Positions 39,344 to 53,822 are shown, counted from the stretch's first letter. The stretch is 64,000 nt of DNA from Octopus sinensis (GCF_006345805.1 NC_043002.1:17360001-17424000), one strand, 5' to 3'. Numbers and translations are program-made. Notes: generated by a model not told the origin, from the letters alone.

Positions 39344-41026
39344 CTAAGCAAAGATTAAGCAACTGGAAGGCACCTGGGCACGATAAGATCCCCAACTTCT
39401 GATTGAAATATCTTACATGAATGAACAAAAAGCTGGCTGAAAACTTTAACGACATACTGTCAGAGTCAGAGACAATGCCTGAATGGCTCACGAAAGGGAA
39501 AACCATCTTAATTCCCAAATTCAATGAGACAGTAAAACCAGAATACTACTGACCTATAACCTGTCTCCCTACTATGTACAAAGCAATTTACTGCAGTAAT
39601 ATCACAAAGATTAAACAAGCACCTGGACGAAAACAACCTGTTTCCAGAAGAGCAGAAAGGATGCTGCAAGGGTTCATATGGCTGTAAAGATCAACTAATG
39701 ATCAATAAAGCCATAACTGAAGACAGCCGCAGAAAGAAGAAAGGTCTCAGTATGGCCTGGATTGACTACAAAAAGGCGCTTGATAGCATCCCCTTCACAT
39801 GGATCCTCGAAACACTAGGCATTAACAAAGTAGCACCAACAATTATAAAATACATAGGACACTCTGAGAATAAATGGCAGACAGTGCTTCAGCTCCAAAC
39901 ATAAGAGGGACTCGTGAAAACCAAAGCCATCCCCATTAGAAGAAGAATATTCCAGCGAGACACGCTCTCTCCACTCCTTTTCTGCTTGGCACTGACACCT
40001 CTATCTGATATGCTAAATAGAACTGGATGCCGATTCAAATGTAACGGCAAACGATCAGCCACCTTTTATATATGGATAACCTAAAACTGTACGCTACGAA
40101 TGACAAACAGCTGGAAACACTACTAAAGACAGTTCATGGATTTACCAAAGAAATAGATATGAAATTTGGATTAGAAAAATGCGCCAAAGTAACCCTGAAA
40201 AAAGGAAAACTAGTTAAGAGCAGCAACAAAAAGGAAAACTAGTTAAGAGCAGCAACAAAAAGGAAAACTAGTTAAGAGCAGCAACATCATACTAGGTAAA
40301 ACCAATGGAATAAAGAATTAGACCGAAGCTAAACTTACAAATATTTAGGAATCCATGAACTAGATAAGATACAACACACACAAATGAATGAGAAAATAAG
40401 AAAAGAATATTGAAGACGAGTTAGATCAATACTAAAAACAGAGCTCAATGCTGAAAACAAGATAATAGGTATTAACAGTTTAGCCGTCCCAGTTATAAGT
40501 TACAGCTACAATATCCTTAACTGGACATTAAATGAAGTAACCATAATAGGAAAACAAGAAAAATAATGACAGGATCTAGGATGCATCACCCAAAACCTGA
40601 CCTAGAAAGGCTATATATACCACGTATAGAAGGTGGTAGAGGACTTATACAGAGGGAAAGCTATTATAAAATAACCACCATTGGACTGCAAAAATATCTA
40701 CTTCAGAAGGAAGGCAAACTGATCCAGACAGCGGCAAAACACGAGCAAACAAAAAAACTGTTCACGGTATTTAAGGAAGCTGACAAATACAAACAAGAAA
40801 TCATAGCACCTAACAAATATGAAGAAGAAGAAGAAGAAGAAGAAGAAACAAAAGCTATAAAACAAATGAAATCCAAACTAAAACTAGAACAGCAACGGAC
40901 CATGATAAAACGATGGCAAGAAAAGCCCATTCGTGGTAAATACTGGACTAAACTAAATGCAAAAGAAATAGACAAAGAAAAATCCCAGCAATCGTTGAGA
41001 AGCTCAGGACTCAAAGCAGAGACAAG
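39341..41026 (+). mobile_element. 5'-truncated R4/Dong-clade non-LTR retrotransposon, RT pseudogene, next to (AAT)n
   Basis: Broken RT motifs NWKAPGHDKI, PEWLTKGKTILIPK, PITCLPTMYK, EEQKGC, MAWIDYKKALDS, FQRDTLSPLLF, LYMDNLKLY, ERLYIPRIEGGRGL. An (AAT)n run at 39301-39340 abuts the 5' end. Confidence 0.85.
40198..40287 (+). repeat. Three tandem copies of a 29-bp unit inside the LINE
   Basis: aaaaaggaaaactagttaagagcagcaac x3. Confidence 0.9.
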
Positions 41027-41420
41027 CTTTTCTATTAGTTCCTACGATAAGATTTTGTTCCACCAGGTTTTGCGGACCGTTCTCATCGAGCTCTACGGAT
41101 CTTTCAGGGCGAGGTTCGTTTCCTAGGCTGTAGTTACCGGTTCGGATTTTCTGGAACCACCGTTGACACTGGCTTGCGCTTATTGTCCGATACTCATATA
41201 CTGCATTAATATGCCTCGCACTTTCCGTTTCGTTGCTGTCTTTATTGAGATAATAAGGTAAAATATGCCGAATATGCTCCTTTGCCACTTCGAATGAATT
41301 TTCGAAAAAAAAACGTTAAAATCTAATTGCACCCTTCAAAACTTGCACTAAGAATAAGTACAAAGTGAAATTAGTGCCTGCTTTTATAGCAAGTTGATGC
41401 AGGTTGTTTATATAGTACCC
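41027..41420 (-). mobile_element. Mariner 5' fragment (HTH region) at the break of the R4/Dong LINE
   Basis: ORF 41004-41288 KEHIRHIL...INAVY...ISASQCQRWFQK...SLGNEPRPER. Confidence 0.8.
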
Positions 41421-41788
41421 CTTCGCATTAGTAATGTGATGACCCAATATATAAGCAATGTAACTAGTTGAAAAATCTCAATAAGAGATGAGAGTAGTAT
41501 TTATAGTAACAAGTAAGGTTAATCGCCACATCAATATAGTTGTTCAGTATTGTTACTGTTTATCTCTAGGCAGATCTTCCGCTAGCTGGTTATAGGTACA
41601 GCCTACACCCTTTATATATTACAAGCAGGGGAGCGAACCGCTACCATTCTCCAGTAGTTGGCAAGATTGCATTACCTACCTGATTTCAAGGGAGTTTCGT
41701 TCATCATCAGTCGTGATATGCATGTACAAACACAAACACACACATATACACACATATTATACACACATACACACACACACACACAGAG

Positions 41789-41829
<41 letters not shown>

Positions 41830-41843
<14 letters not shown>

Positions 41844-41972
41844 CACTTGAATATGTATATACAAAAACATAGATAGATATATACCGATATACAAGGAGAT
41901 ATATATATATATTTACACTTGAATATGTATATACAAAAACATAGATAGATATATACCGATATACAAGGAGAT
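41830..41972 (+). repeat. Tandem duplication of ~72 bp
   Basis: atttacacttgaatatgtatatacaaaaacatagatagatatataccgatatacaaggagat occurs twice. Confidence 0.9.
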
Positions 41973-42339
41973 TGAAAAATAGATGACCTCACGCCAATTT
42001 CGATGAGTCTTAGTCTGTCGTCTGATATGCAAGATAATGTCACTTCTATCAAGATATATTTTGCACAAACTCAATCAATTTGTCATCCAATAATTATGGC
42101 TGAAGAATACTTGCAGAAAAGGACATTTGAAAACCAATATCTACTGCTTAGTTTATTTAATCTGTAATCGAACTTGACATACTGCTAAACGATTTTTTAT
42201 TTGCTTCCCGCTTTCAAATACGCATTGTTGTCATAGATCGAAGGGAAAATCGTGAATTACAATACCGTATATCATCTTACACCTCCTCAAATTATTCTTC
42301 TTCTTCTTCTACTAGTAGTAGTAGTAGTAGTAGTAGTAT

Positions 42340-43150
42340 GCTTCATTTTTTCCTAAAACTCAAACAGCCGTTAAAAATTTCCGACATTTCAGTGGGGGGG
42401 AACTACTCAACAGCAAATGCATTACATAGATAGAAACGATTTATCTTGAAAACCTTGTTGTTCCAAGAAGCGCTGACCTACAATCTTGCAGCAATTGCAA
42501 TTCTATTTACATAGTTCTCGGAAATTTTCCGATATGCACCCCAATGCACCGGCTACCACTTGAATCACTAAAAGACCAGCACAAAAGTCCTACCTCTTTA
42601 CTCAGTGGCGCATAATTCTCCACGGTTTCATGCTATTTATCTGTCACTCCACTATCCCCTAAGATAGAACTTTTTTTATAGCTTGTGTCCCTTCTTCTTT
42701 CTTGTTGAGAACTACGATGTTTGTCATTTTTGCTTCAATCATTCTGTCAATTTCAATGAAGTCCCACAAATGCTTGCACTTGTCACTGCTTCACAGAAGC
42801 TTAAACTGGCACCGCTTCCATTTTCTACTAATAATATATAGCTGCTATGGCAAATCTACAATTCTCAGATATCATCAAATGTATATATCTGCTAACATTC
42901 TCACGTCGTTTCTACTCTCGCCTCAGCCAACACAATACATTCACTTACAAGATGTCTAGCCGTTTCCTCCTTTGTTCAACATATTCTACATAACTGGTTC
43001 ATTTTGTCAACATGACAAAACGTAAGAGTTTCAGAGCATCCATTTAGATTGCAATTCCTAATCCACTCCCAACTCTTTTCCCAATCAATGCTTGTTTTAT
43101 ATCTAGTGTGCTGTCCGTGAATAAGTTTGTCTTTCCAGTAATATTAAGCG
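42340..43150 (-). mobile_element. Highly decayed 3' end of a second R4/Dong-like element (CCHC plus restriction-like endonuclease)
   Basis: Minus-strand fragments WKDKLIHGQH, DWEKSWEW, LCRIC*TKEETARHLVSEC, LWDF...IEAK..NIVV, VVAGALG, SALLGT. Trinucleotide repeats at 42291-42337 beyond the 3' end. Confidence 0.7.
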
Positions 43151-43899
43151 GGCACCAAACATAACATTTAACACTATCAAAACCTATCTGAAGATAAACG
43201 CCGAGGTTTTAAAGAATAAAGCATTTAGTATGTTATAATATTTAGTGCATTAAGAAGTGACATGGTTAATAAATTCCAGCTTTACTTATTCATATATTCA
43301 ACTATTCTCAATTAATGCGCTCCGATGAATTATTGTAGAACTGATACGATATTAGTTTCATTTGCGGGAGATCCAGTTAATTACAATTCAAGGAAAGTTA
43401 CGTAAAGAAAATGGTGGAAAAAAAATTATCTCTGCCATATTTCAGAGGAAAGCGAGTAAAAACGTGAGGATGAAAAATGAAAAATGAAAATGATTAATAT
43501 CTAGAGTTTGTCACATCACAATGTCAGCAATCATAAACTAGAGCTGCTTAAACAGAGGTAGAAGAGAATAAAACAAATAAAGAATGAAGTACACACCTGG
43601 ATGGGAAGATGATATACTAGACTAATGATAATAATATATTCAACATCCTGTATCAATATAACTGAATTGCTGCTCGTCTCAACCGTATTTATCACAAATA
43701 TTGTAGTTTATAATTTTATGCTAAGTTACATGAAAAAAAAATAAAGACAACATAAAGTCACCTCAGCGGTTGTATATCACTATTTTCCTGTAATAAATAT
43801 TTCTAGTTTGCATTGAAAATTCAAGCGTAGGACACGCAGAAGCACGGGAAAACGCACATACACACGTGTGTAGGTTGGTGTGTGTGCACACACACATTC

Positions 43900-43931
<32 letters not shown>

Positions 43932-44379
43932 TATAATATATATATATATAGACAGAGAGAGGGAGAGGTATAGGTAGATAGATATAGATATTGGTGTATA
44001 TATACATACTTACATACATACGTACATATATAATATATATATATATATATAAAGAGAGAGAGAGAGAGAGGGGGGCGTGAGCGAAAAAGGCAATATATAC
44101 TCATGTGCGTGTATGTTTGTGTCTATGTGTGTCTGTATGTGCGTGTGTGTGCGTGCGTGTCTGCGTGTGCGTGAATGGCCGATATGGCTCTTTTAGATTC
44201 ATCTTAGAAGGGTAAAATCGATAAAAATTTAGATACTATAGAATAAGATAAACGGCAAAAGAACAACCAAAGAATAGAATATAAAGTTAATGCTCGTTTG
44301 AAAGTAAGAATTGAAGAGGTACCCTCTAATTGATCACCTGAAATAAACGACAGGGCTTTCGTTCCAACGTATTATTTGT

Positions 44380-44381
44380 GC

Positions 44382-44466
<85 letters not shown>

Positions 44467-44477
44467 ATATATATTAC

Positions 44478-44567
<90 letters not shown>

Positions 44568-44635
44568 TACATTATATATATATATATATAGATATATATA
44601 TAATTATATATATATTATATATATATATATAATAC

Positions 44636-44667
<32 letters not shown>

Positions 44668-44771
44668 TATTACATATATATATATATTATATATATATAT
44701 ATATAGATATATATATATAATATATATATACACATATATATATAGATACATATATATATATAATATATATA

Positions 44772-44819
<48 letters not shown>

Positions 44820-44820
44820 G
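44380..44820. repeat. ~440-bp imperfect (TA)n microsatellite
   Basis: Direct inspection. Confidence 0.95.
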
Positions 44821-45636
44821 AAGAGAGAGAGAGACAAAGAGAGACAAAGAGGAAAGTCATGTAGAGACACATATACAAAACTGCTTAAGATAGCAAATTA
44901 TTTATGTTGCAAAATTTGAAATATAGCGAAAATAGCAACACGGTTTGAACACTTAAAATATCACCTGATATTTACCATTCTAAATGTTGGTAATTTTAAT
45001 TGTGCATTTAAAGCTACGAAATTCGAATAAATGTACTTAGAAGAATATAACGTTGCAAATCAAATATCTGTATTGCTAAGGCTTTTTCTTTCTCTTGTTA
45101 TCAAAAGTTTTTTTATTGTTCGTTATATTTTAGTTTTTTTTTTCTGTTTGATGTTTGTTTGTTTTTTCTGTTTGATGTTTTTTTGTTTTTTTTTATGCCT
45201 TAATTTCTCCTCTTCAATACATTTTCACTCGCTACTAGAATCGATAGATGTTTTTTTTTTACCTCTTATAGCAGCATCTTTTTTATATCATCAAATTGAT
45301 TCCGCTGTTCACGCCGATATGTTACTAGAGGCGGGAAAATGCATTAAGTTATATTGCCACAAACATCAGAAAATGAAGAAAATGTGAGTGATTAAAGAAA
45401 AGACAACAAAAAGATAACAAAATAAAGGACAGTATTACATTTAGCATTTAGATTCCACTTACTGAATGAACTGATTCAGCCTAGTTTCTTTTTTATAGGT
45501 ATCTTCCTCCATATCCCCTCACCCTCTCCAGCATCTCTGTTTCGTTTCCTTCTCTCAAATGCTCACGATCTCTGTCTGTCTCTCTTTCTCTATCTCCCGC
45601 CCGCCCTCTCACTCTCTATCCCTTTCCCTCTCATTT

Positions 45637-45696
<60 letters not shown>

Positions 45697-46383
45697 ATAC
45701 ATATATACATTTAATATATATATGTATATATGTATATATATATATATATATATAATATATATATATATACATGTATACATTTATATGTATATGTATATTA
45801 TATATACATATATAAGTAATTTGTATATATATATATATGTATACAGACGCACATAAACTTATATATGAATAGATATATGTGGATATATATATATATATAT
45901 ATATAGACACATACACTAACATACATACATATATATATATATATAAACGTACCATATATATATATATGTATGTATATATATATGTATGTATATATATGTG
46001 TGTGTGCGTGTGTGTGTGTGTTTCTGTGTGCGTATGTGTGTGTCTGTGTGTGTGTGTATACAATGTGTTTTTTCCGGGATATACATAATTACTTACCAGA
46101 TGCTTTTGGCACATTTTCTATATTGATTTAAATAGGTTTTATCAAGTCGAATCACATTCAATTGTGTCTTGTGCTGTCGATTTGTGTTACGTTTCTGTTT
46201 TCTTTTCATCAGCATTTTATAGATAGATCGCAGTGTATTGTTGCCTGAAACATTAGCATATTGCTTTAAAAGAAGTCAATTTTCTGACGACGTGATATTT
46301 ACAACGTGTCCCGCAATTATGCGAGCTTATTCAATTCCATTTCAATTAGAAAATGCTTTTTTACATCTGGGACACTCTCAATG

Positions 46384-46423
<40 letters not shown>

Positions 46424-46923
46424 ATATATATATATATAAAACTGATTTCTGTTATTGCACAATGGCCTTTTCTATGTCACAGCGTTCAAAGCTTCAACTG
46501 AATTCTGCTTTTTTCGTCACTCTGCTTTGTCTTTTCCATAGATAATTGATGTTGTAAATGAGAATGCATGTTGATTACGTCAGTCATATCCTGTTTTGCT
46601 ACAATTACCATTCTGTATACGTCCTAAAATAATACTTCTACATTGGAAGAAACTAAAGTAGATTTTGACGTTTTTAGTGCGTATATTATTTCTGTTGTCT
46701 CTAAATTATCATTTCACATCCCATGCTTTAAATGAATGTTTTCAATTCATGGGATCATATCTTTGGTGCTATCTGCAATTGTTGACCAAGTATGCATCTG
46801 TGTAATTCTATAGAATATTTGTTGGTGCATTGGGAGAAATACTGAAGGTTATTATTTTACTGATGGCAATAATATTGCTCAGCTAATATTCATCTTTTGT
46901 ATTTACATACGATTCAAATCTAC

Positions 46924-47428
46924 TTTCATGTAAATATGACTGAAAGATGTAACAATTAACATACAGAAAAAGAAGAAAAAAAACTTAAATGGATTCTCAA
47001 GAAACGATCAAAACAATATTTAGATGGAAATGGCCACAAAATATGATATGAAAAACCCTGATGTTTTTCAGTCATATTTACATGAAATAATAATTTATAT
47101 CGCACTCAACCGAATGAGCTTATATGTATAAGTTAAAAACAATGCCTTGTTCCAGGATTAAGTATTTATCGGGAATATTGGTTTTAAATTAGCAGGTCTT
47201 TTTATGAATATCTTAATCGAAATGTTGTATCGCATCTACTGGTATTTTTAATGCATATTTATCATGCAAAGGATGACAGTTCGAACTTTTGCTGTCTTTC
47301 TGCAGTTTGGGTTTTTCATATCATATTTTGTGGCCATTTCCATCTAAATATTGTTTTGATCGTTTCTTGAGAATCCATTTGTTTTTTTCTTCTTTTTCTG
47401 TATGTTAATTGTTACATCTTTCAGTCAT
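46924..47428. repeat. Local inverted duplication complex
   Basis: 46936-47058 is the reverse complement of 47309-47428; 46924-46945 is the reverse complement of 47066-47087. Confidence 0.85.
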
Positions 47429-47615
47429 TCAACTGCGACCATACGTGGACACCACTGCCTTGAAGCCTTGGTCGTAAAAATCAGTCCTAGTTTTTTTTAA
47501 GTCTGGTACTTATTTTATCATTATCTTTAGCCGAAGCAATAAGTAATGGATATGTAAACAAGCCAGCACCTGGTAACAAGTGGTGGTAGAAGACACTCAC
47601 AAACAAATGCAGATG

Positions 47616-47665
<50 letters not shown>

Positions 47666-47836
47666 TAATATATAATATGATCTGTATATCCGATTGGCTT
47701 CTTTCAGTAACCTTCTACCGAACCCACTCACAAGTCTTTGTTCTGCCTGGAAATATAGTAGATGTCAAATGTCCGAGAATCCACGTAGAGGGACTGAATC
47801 CAGAACAATGTAGTTGGGAAGCCTTTGCGAACGCCT
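47419..47836 (-). mobile_element. SINE family A, old and diverged
   Basis: ttcagtcattcaactgcgaccat...ggcttctttcagt...ccactcacaag...gggactgaatcc. Confidence 0.7.
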
Positions 47837-48059
47837 CTGTTTTGTTTCATTCTTTTACAGTGTGTATGTGTACATGTGTGTTTGATTACTTGTCCGTATC
47901 TATGTGCTCCATGTGCATGCATAGCTAACTCAAGCTTGAACAATACACACGGAGTTTTATTGTATTTTTGTGCTCTTACTACTGAATAGATTCTTCATTC
48001 TGAATACATATATACATATATAGACCGACAGGCAGGCACACAGACACACAGGAAGACAG

Positions 48060-48084
48060 GCAGATATACAAACAGACAGACAGG

Positions 48085-48145
<61 letters not shown>

Positions 48146-48251
48146 GGATGGATGGATGGATGGATGGATGGATAGATGGATGGATGGATAGATAGATAGA
48201 TAGATAGATAGGTAGATAGATAGATAGATAGATAGATAGATATAGATAGAT

Positions 48252-48320
<69 letters not shown>
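48060..48320 (+). repeat. (GATA)n/(GATG)n/(GACA)n compound microsatellite
   Basis: Direct inspection. Confidence 0.95.
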
Positions 48321-49350
48321 GAGGGATTCATGGGAAAAGTGCAGAATGCATCCGTTTGCTTTCCCTGCAATATGTTTTCGTGGCAATTTGTATAGAATTA
48401 ACGAATAATTTTTGTTTTCTAAAACACTTTTCTGCCTTCAAACAAATTTCTCTTGGCAGCCATGACTATGTGCATGTGTGCCTGTGTGTATGAGTGCATG
48501 TGTGTGTATGTGTGTATGTAAATTTAATTTTGTGCCTTCAGAAGTCATATGAGATTACAACTGTCAAACTCAGGGACCTTAGGAATTCCTTCTGCAAAAT
48601 TTGATTCATGCATCCTTTTATATTAGGGAAGCGGACAACGCCTTTTCTCAATTTGTTTTTAGTTATTAACAATAATCATTATGATTCAAATGTAGATTTA
48701 CATTTAATACACTATTTATTCGCTTTATCGTTCATGAAATAAAATCATGAACAAGGTATCTCAAATATATCCTCGATGAAACTTAATGCATATCGAAGTC
48801 ATAACCGCAGTCATATTTTCAACTCAGAATATACGTGACAACTTTCATCCATTTAATAACTTCTCTCGCAACTTGGATTTATTCAGAGTGTCTATAAAGT
48901 ATAATTAATTTAAACAATAATATTTTGAATAGACATTTTGAAGTAATACCATCTTGCAACAGATACTCAGACAATTCCATACATCTTATAATGAGTTTCA
49001 GCTGGCAATTTGAAAAATAATGATATTCTCTTCACAAAATTATGAACTCAATATATGTACATTTTACTAGGTTATTAAACTCTGCATTTCACATGTACAT
49101 TCATAAATCTATTTGACAATATTATTATATTTCTGTTTATTCCTCCTTTATTATATTCCTCCTAATGTAGGCTACATTTTCATACAACTCTTGCTAAGCT
49201 TATATACATATACATACATATATATATATATATATATTATATAATATATATTATATATATATATATTATGTATGTATGTATGTATGTATGTATGTATGTA
49301 TGTATGTACATATATATACATATATATATGTGTGTGTATGTATATATATA

Positions 49351-49385
<35 letters not shown>

Positions 49386-49721
49386 CTTTTAAATATGAAT
49401 ACATTTTTTGTGTGTCCTTACTCAACTTTCTGAATATTCATACATTTGAAAACTTTGTTTATAGATATTTGCATGTAAGTTTTAGCTTCTGTACGTAAAT
49501 TCATGGCCGTAAATGTATATGCATATTCGCTAGTAGTTAAGTACTTGTATGCCGATTTTCTGTATATGTACCCATCCATACATATATACGAATACGAATG
49601 GAAATGTTTTTGTTCTTATTTTTCATGTATTGGATTTAAATTAGTAAAATAATGACTTTGATGAATAGTTCTTATAGCTTTATAGTTATTCATACATGTA
49701 TTCTCATTATACTTCTCTGTA

Positions 49722-49870
49722 CATATTTACATGAAATAATAATTTATATCGCACTCAACCGAATGAGCTTATATGTATAAGTTAAAAACAAGGCCTTGTT
49801 CCAGGATTAAGTATTTATCGAGAATATTTTGTTTTAAATTAGCAGTTTTTTTAATGAATATCTTAAGCGA
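49722..49870 (+). repeat. ~150-bp direct duplicate of 47073-47220
   Basis: catatttacatgaaataataatttatatcgcactcaaccgaatgagc... is near identical in both places. Confidence 0.9.
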
Positions 49871-50210
49871 GATTTAATATGGTTTTAGTTACGTACGGGT
49901 GTAGACTTCAATTATATATTGGCAATTTTTTAAATATTTATAATCATGCTTTTATATTTTAGAGATCATTTATGCAAATATCATACACCATACACGAAAT
50001 TTGTCTTGATTTTATTTCAAATTTTCATCTTTATTTTCTCTTTATTATTTTGTTTCACAATGCCAAACGACTTCAATAAGTTACATACACAGACACAAAG
50101 AAGACAAAGAATTTGCCTTGAGTACACACATTCACAGACAATGAAATGGACAGATTTAACTAATATATGTTTACTGAGATTTACTAAACATGCTAAACAT
50201 AATTCATTAG

Positions 50211-50254
<44 letters not shown>

Positions 50255-50255
50255 T

Positions 50256-50302
<47 letters not shown>

Positions 50303-51074
50303 GTGTGTATGTGTGTGTGTGTGTGTGCGTGTGTATATATATACATATATAATATATATATTTAAAAAAGTAATACAAAATTAAACATAAATTCTTATAA
50401 GTCTATCATAAATTGAAAGAATATTTCTGAATACATTCTATATTAGTAAACAACACGTATTGACGCATACATAAAAATTAACAAATCTTCACTTACAATA
50501 TAGCTAATGTTCCAACGTAGTTGTATGAATGTATAAAAATATTCGTTACAGCCTCAGTGTAAATAGTTTGTTTCATAGATACAACAACATAACAACATTT
50601 CATTTAATTATTATTATTTCTTCTCATATTTTTGATATGCATATTATTCTTTGCTTTCTAATATTGTTATTTCCTTTACCTTCCTCTTCTGACTTTCTAT
50701 AAGTTTAATTCAATCTGTTTTTTGTAACATTTGAATACTATTATCAGATTTTCGTTACGAATGATATTTTTTTAAAATCTTGTATTGAAAATGTAGTTGA
50801 ATACATGAGCACATCATTCTATTAAATAAATATTTCCGTCGTTTTCATATGTCGTTACCAGGAACAAACAGTTTCTCCTGATCGAATACACCGTCAGACA
50901 GAACCCTATATCCCAGATAAATGACGTTTTATGTTAAAGATGGAATTTTTTTAAATATTGAGATACCCTCTAAGCAAACGTTCTCTTGTTATTCTTAAAT
51001 ACGTTTAAGAATAACACTAATTTAACACATACACTTATGTATATAAAGGCACAAATATATATATGGACAAATAT

Positions 51075-52550
51075 GTTAGTTAGTTAGTTAGTTAGTTAAT
51101 TTGGCTCAAAAGCAAATAGCAAGGCCATGTAGGGGGACATGGAGTAAAGTACAGGGTGGTGTTCATGTAAAGAGTTCAGGCCACTTGAGGTCCAGGGAGG
51201 CTTTGAACAAAGCGGTCGTCGGCATCTTCACCATCTCGTCTGGCAGCTTGTTCCACGGATCCGCAACCCGGACGGAGAAAGCTCCTCTCCTTCGATTGAG
51301 ATGAAATCGTCGCAGGTAGAGCTTTTCGGAATGACCCCGCAGCCGACGCTCCGGACAGGAGTGAAGAACAGCTCTTTCGAGAGGTTACACTTCCGCTTAT
51401 GATGTTGTGGGCGAGAATGAGATCACCACGGCGGCGGCGTTTTTCAAGAGAATAAAGGTCGAGCGTCCTCAGCCTTTCTTCGTAGGACAAATTTTTGAGA
51501 CCATGAACCATGCGGGTAGCCAGCCTCTGGACTCTTTCGAGGTGCTGTATGTCTTTGAGGAGATAAGGAGAAGAGGCTTGAATCCCATACTCCAATATGG
51601 GTCTCACCAGCGTGACATAGAGTGGCAGGAATATGCTGCTGTGAGCATTCCGAATGACCGTCGAATCAAAAACAGAATTCCGCGCGCTTTGTTGGCAGCA
51701 TGGACGCACTGGGCCGAAGGCGAAAAGGAGGAATCCACCAAGATACCCAGGTCCTTTACCTGATCGGTCCTCTCCAGCAGCAGACGACCCGGCTCGAAAT
51801 CAAGTTGAGTTGCAGGAGGAGAGCCGACAGGCAGATGACAGCACTTTGACGCGTTCAGACACAGGTCCCAATCGTTAGACCACTTCCAAATTTGGTGGAG
51901 GCATCGACGAAGATCCTCTATACTACCGCGAGGAGCGACCAGTTTGATATCGTCGGCAAATAGAAGGGTGTGTTGCGTGAGGTCGTCGGGCAAGTCATTT
52001 ATGAAGACTAAGAACAACAAGGGCCCAAGCACTGAACCTTGAGGCACGCCACTGCTCGCACTGGAGACGTCGGACCGAGAACCATTAACTTGAACTTGGA
52101 AGGAGCGATCTGTGAGAAAGGCACCAACCCATCGTACAATATCCGGATGGAACTATATGCTTAAGCTTGACAAGTAGTAGGCGGTGGTTTACCGAGTCAA
52201 AAGCTTTGGCAAAGTCCAATAAAACGATGTCAACAGCATCACTATCATCGAGGATGCGCGTCACCAATTCTTCCATTACTAGTAAGTTGGTCAAGCATGA
52301 TCTCTTCGGCACGAAGCCGTGTTGGGAATCAGTGATCGAGGCTGTGTTTAGGAGGTGGAGCATCATACTTTTCTTAAGGATGGTTTCGAACATCTTGCTG
52401 ATTATTGATGTAAGGGAAACCGGTCGGTAGTTAAGCGGGTCTTCGCGGCTCCCTTTCTTGAAAATTGGGCAGATTATCGCTGTTCTCCAGTCTGCAGGTA
52501 TAACACCCGTCACCAATGACATATTGAATAGTCGTGTTAAGGGCTCGCAG
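51075..52550 (-). mobile_element. 5'-truncated CR1-group LINE, RT pseudogene with (CTAA)n tail
   Basis: Frameshifted ORFs NYRPVSLTS, QHGFVPKRSCLTNL, LDFAKAFDSV, PQGSVLGPLLF, LFADDIKL, ERVQRLATRM...RRRRGDLI. (ttag)n at 51075-51098. Confidence 0.92.
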
Positions 52551-53589
52551 ATATGTACGTAAATATTTAGACAGAAATAACACAAATATCTAAAAAGTGT
52601 AAGATTCTTTTTAAAATGTATGCAATCCGTGTAGGAGACACCTGGAAATGCATAGATATATATGTGATAAATATAAAGCAGAAAATAATTATGTAGAATG
52701 TTTACTTTAAAAATATAAGCCAACGAAAATGAAAGATAAGGATATAGCGTTTTCTCTGATAATAATTCGAATATAGAATAACTATAGTATTAAGAGATGC
52801 AAGTAGAGAAGAAAACAAGCTGAGTACTGAATTTACATCTCATTAAACGACAAGAATATTAAATACTTGAATATAAGTCTGTGTGTATGTGGATTTGTAA
52901 GTGTTTGGGATGCGTGAATGCGTGTAGATGTTATTTCAAATATACGAAATGCGAAGCCTTCATTAAAGAGAATCTGCATCTTACGAGGGACATCCTGACA
53001 AAAACGATAAAGATTCAGTCGTCATATTTACCTTTGACTTATTATCAGTTAGCGAAATTTCTCAGTTAATTTATTAATAAATCGGACGATAAATAGACGA
53101 ATCGGTTAGGGTCGTCAGGCTCTTTCGTCACTGACTGTAAAATTATCAAGACTATGTCATTCGACGAATTTCTTTAATATGCACACCAGATCTATGTAGC
53201 GCTAACGGGGGTAGTATCTCTGAAAGCGCTTTTGCTATACGAAATCTGAGAGATTTGTTTCCCTGCTATTATAGATTAGATGTGCTTTTCATGTTATACA
53301 TATCTACGTCTATGTACGAATGTATGTATGTATGCATGTATGTATGTATATGAGCGGTTTTGTATACTTATCGTATCTTTTCATTTGTCTTGCACGTTTT
53401 ACATTCTGGCGTTTGCTGAAATTTCTTGAGAACACATTCTTTATTTTAAGACGATTTACAGTCTTCTAGCATATTAGGAATCCAACTTCGTGGTATTTCT
53501 CTTATAAATGTATGTAATACACATACACACACACACATGTATATATATATATATATTATATATATATATATTATATATATATATATTAT

Positions 53590-53822
53590 TAGTGAATTGA
53601 AGAAATGGAGTTGAACGAAGATTGAACAGAAATCGTTTTATTTCATTCTACACGTGTTTCGAAAGGCACAATTTACCAAATTCCGATTGAATAATGAGAC
53701 CATATTGTGTCTTTCTCTTCAGGAAGAAATAGGAAATCCGTTGGAAAAAACAAAAACAGAACAGAGGCGGAGCAAAACAAACTTTTCATTAATCTGCAAC
53801 AAGATTATTCAACTTTCTATTT

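Noticed and set aside
41464-41502. TTGAAAA-atctc-aataa-gagat-GAGA, a possible U3-A8 hammerhead
   Set aside because: GAAA is mutated and stems I and III do not pair convincingly.
41688-41715. Minus-strand CTGATGA-tgaac-GAAA (similar case near 46190-46213)
   Set aside because: No pairable stem II or stem I.
50987-51016. Perfect 13-bp hairpin tgttattcttaaa-tacg-tttaagaataaca
   Set aside because: Too short and AT-rich for a pre-miRNA, with no supporting context.
51075-51098. (TTAG)n as an interstitial telomeric repeat
   Set aside because: It is the 3' tail of the CR1-group LINE and recurs at the same position in the second copy.
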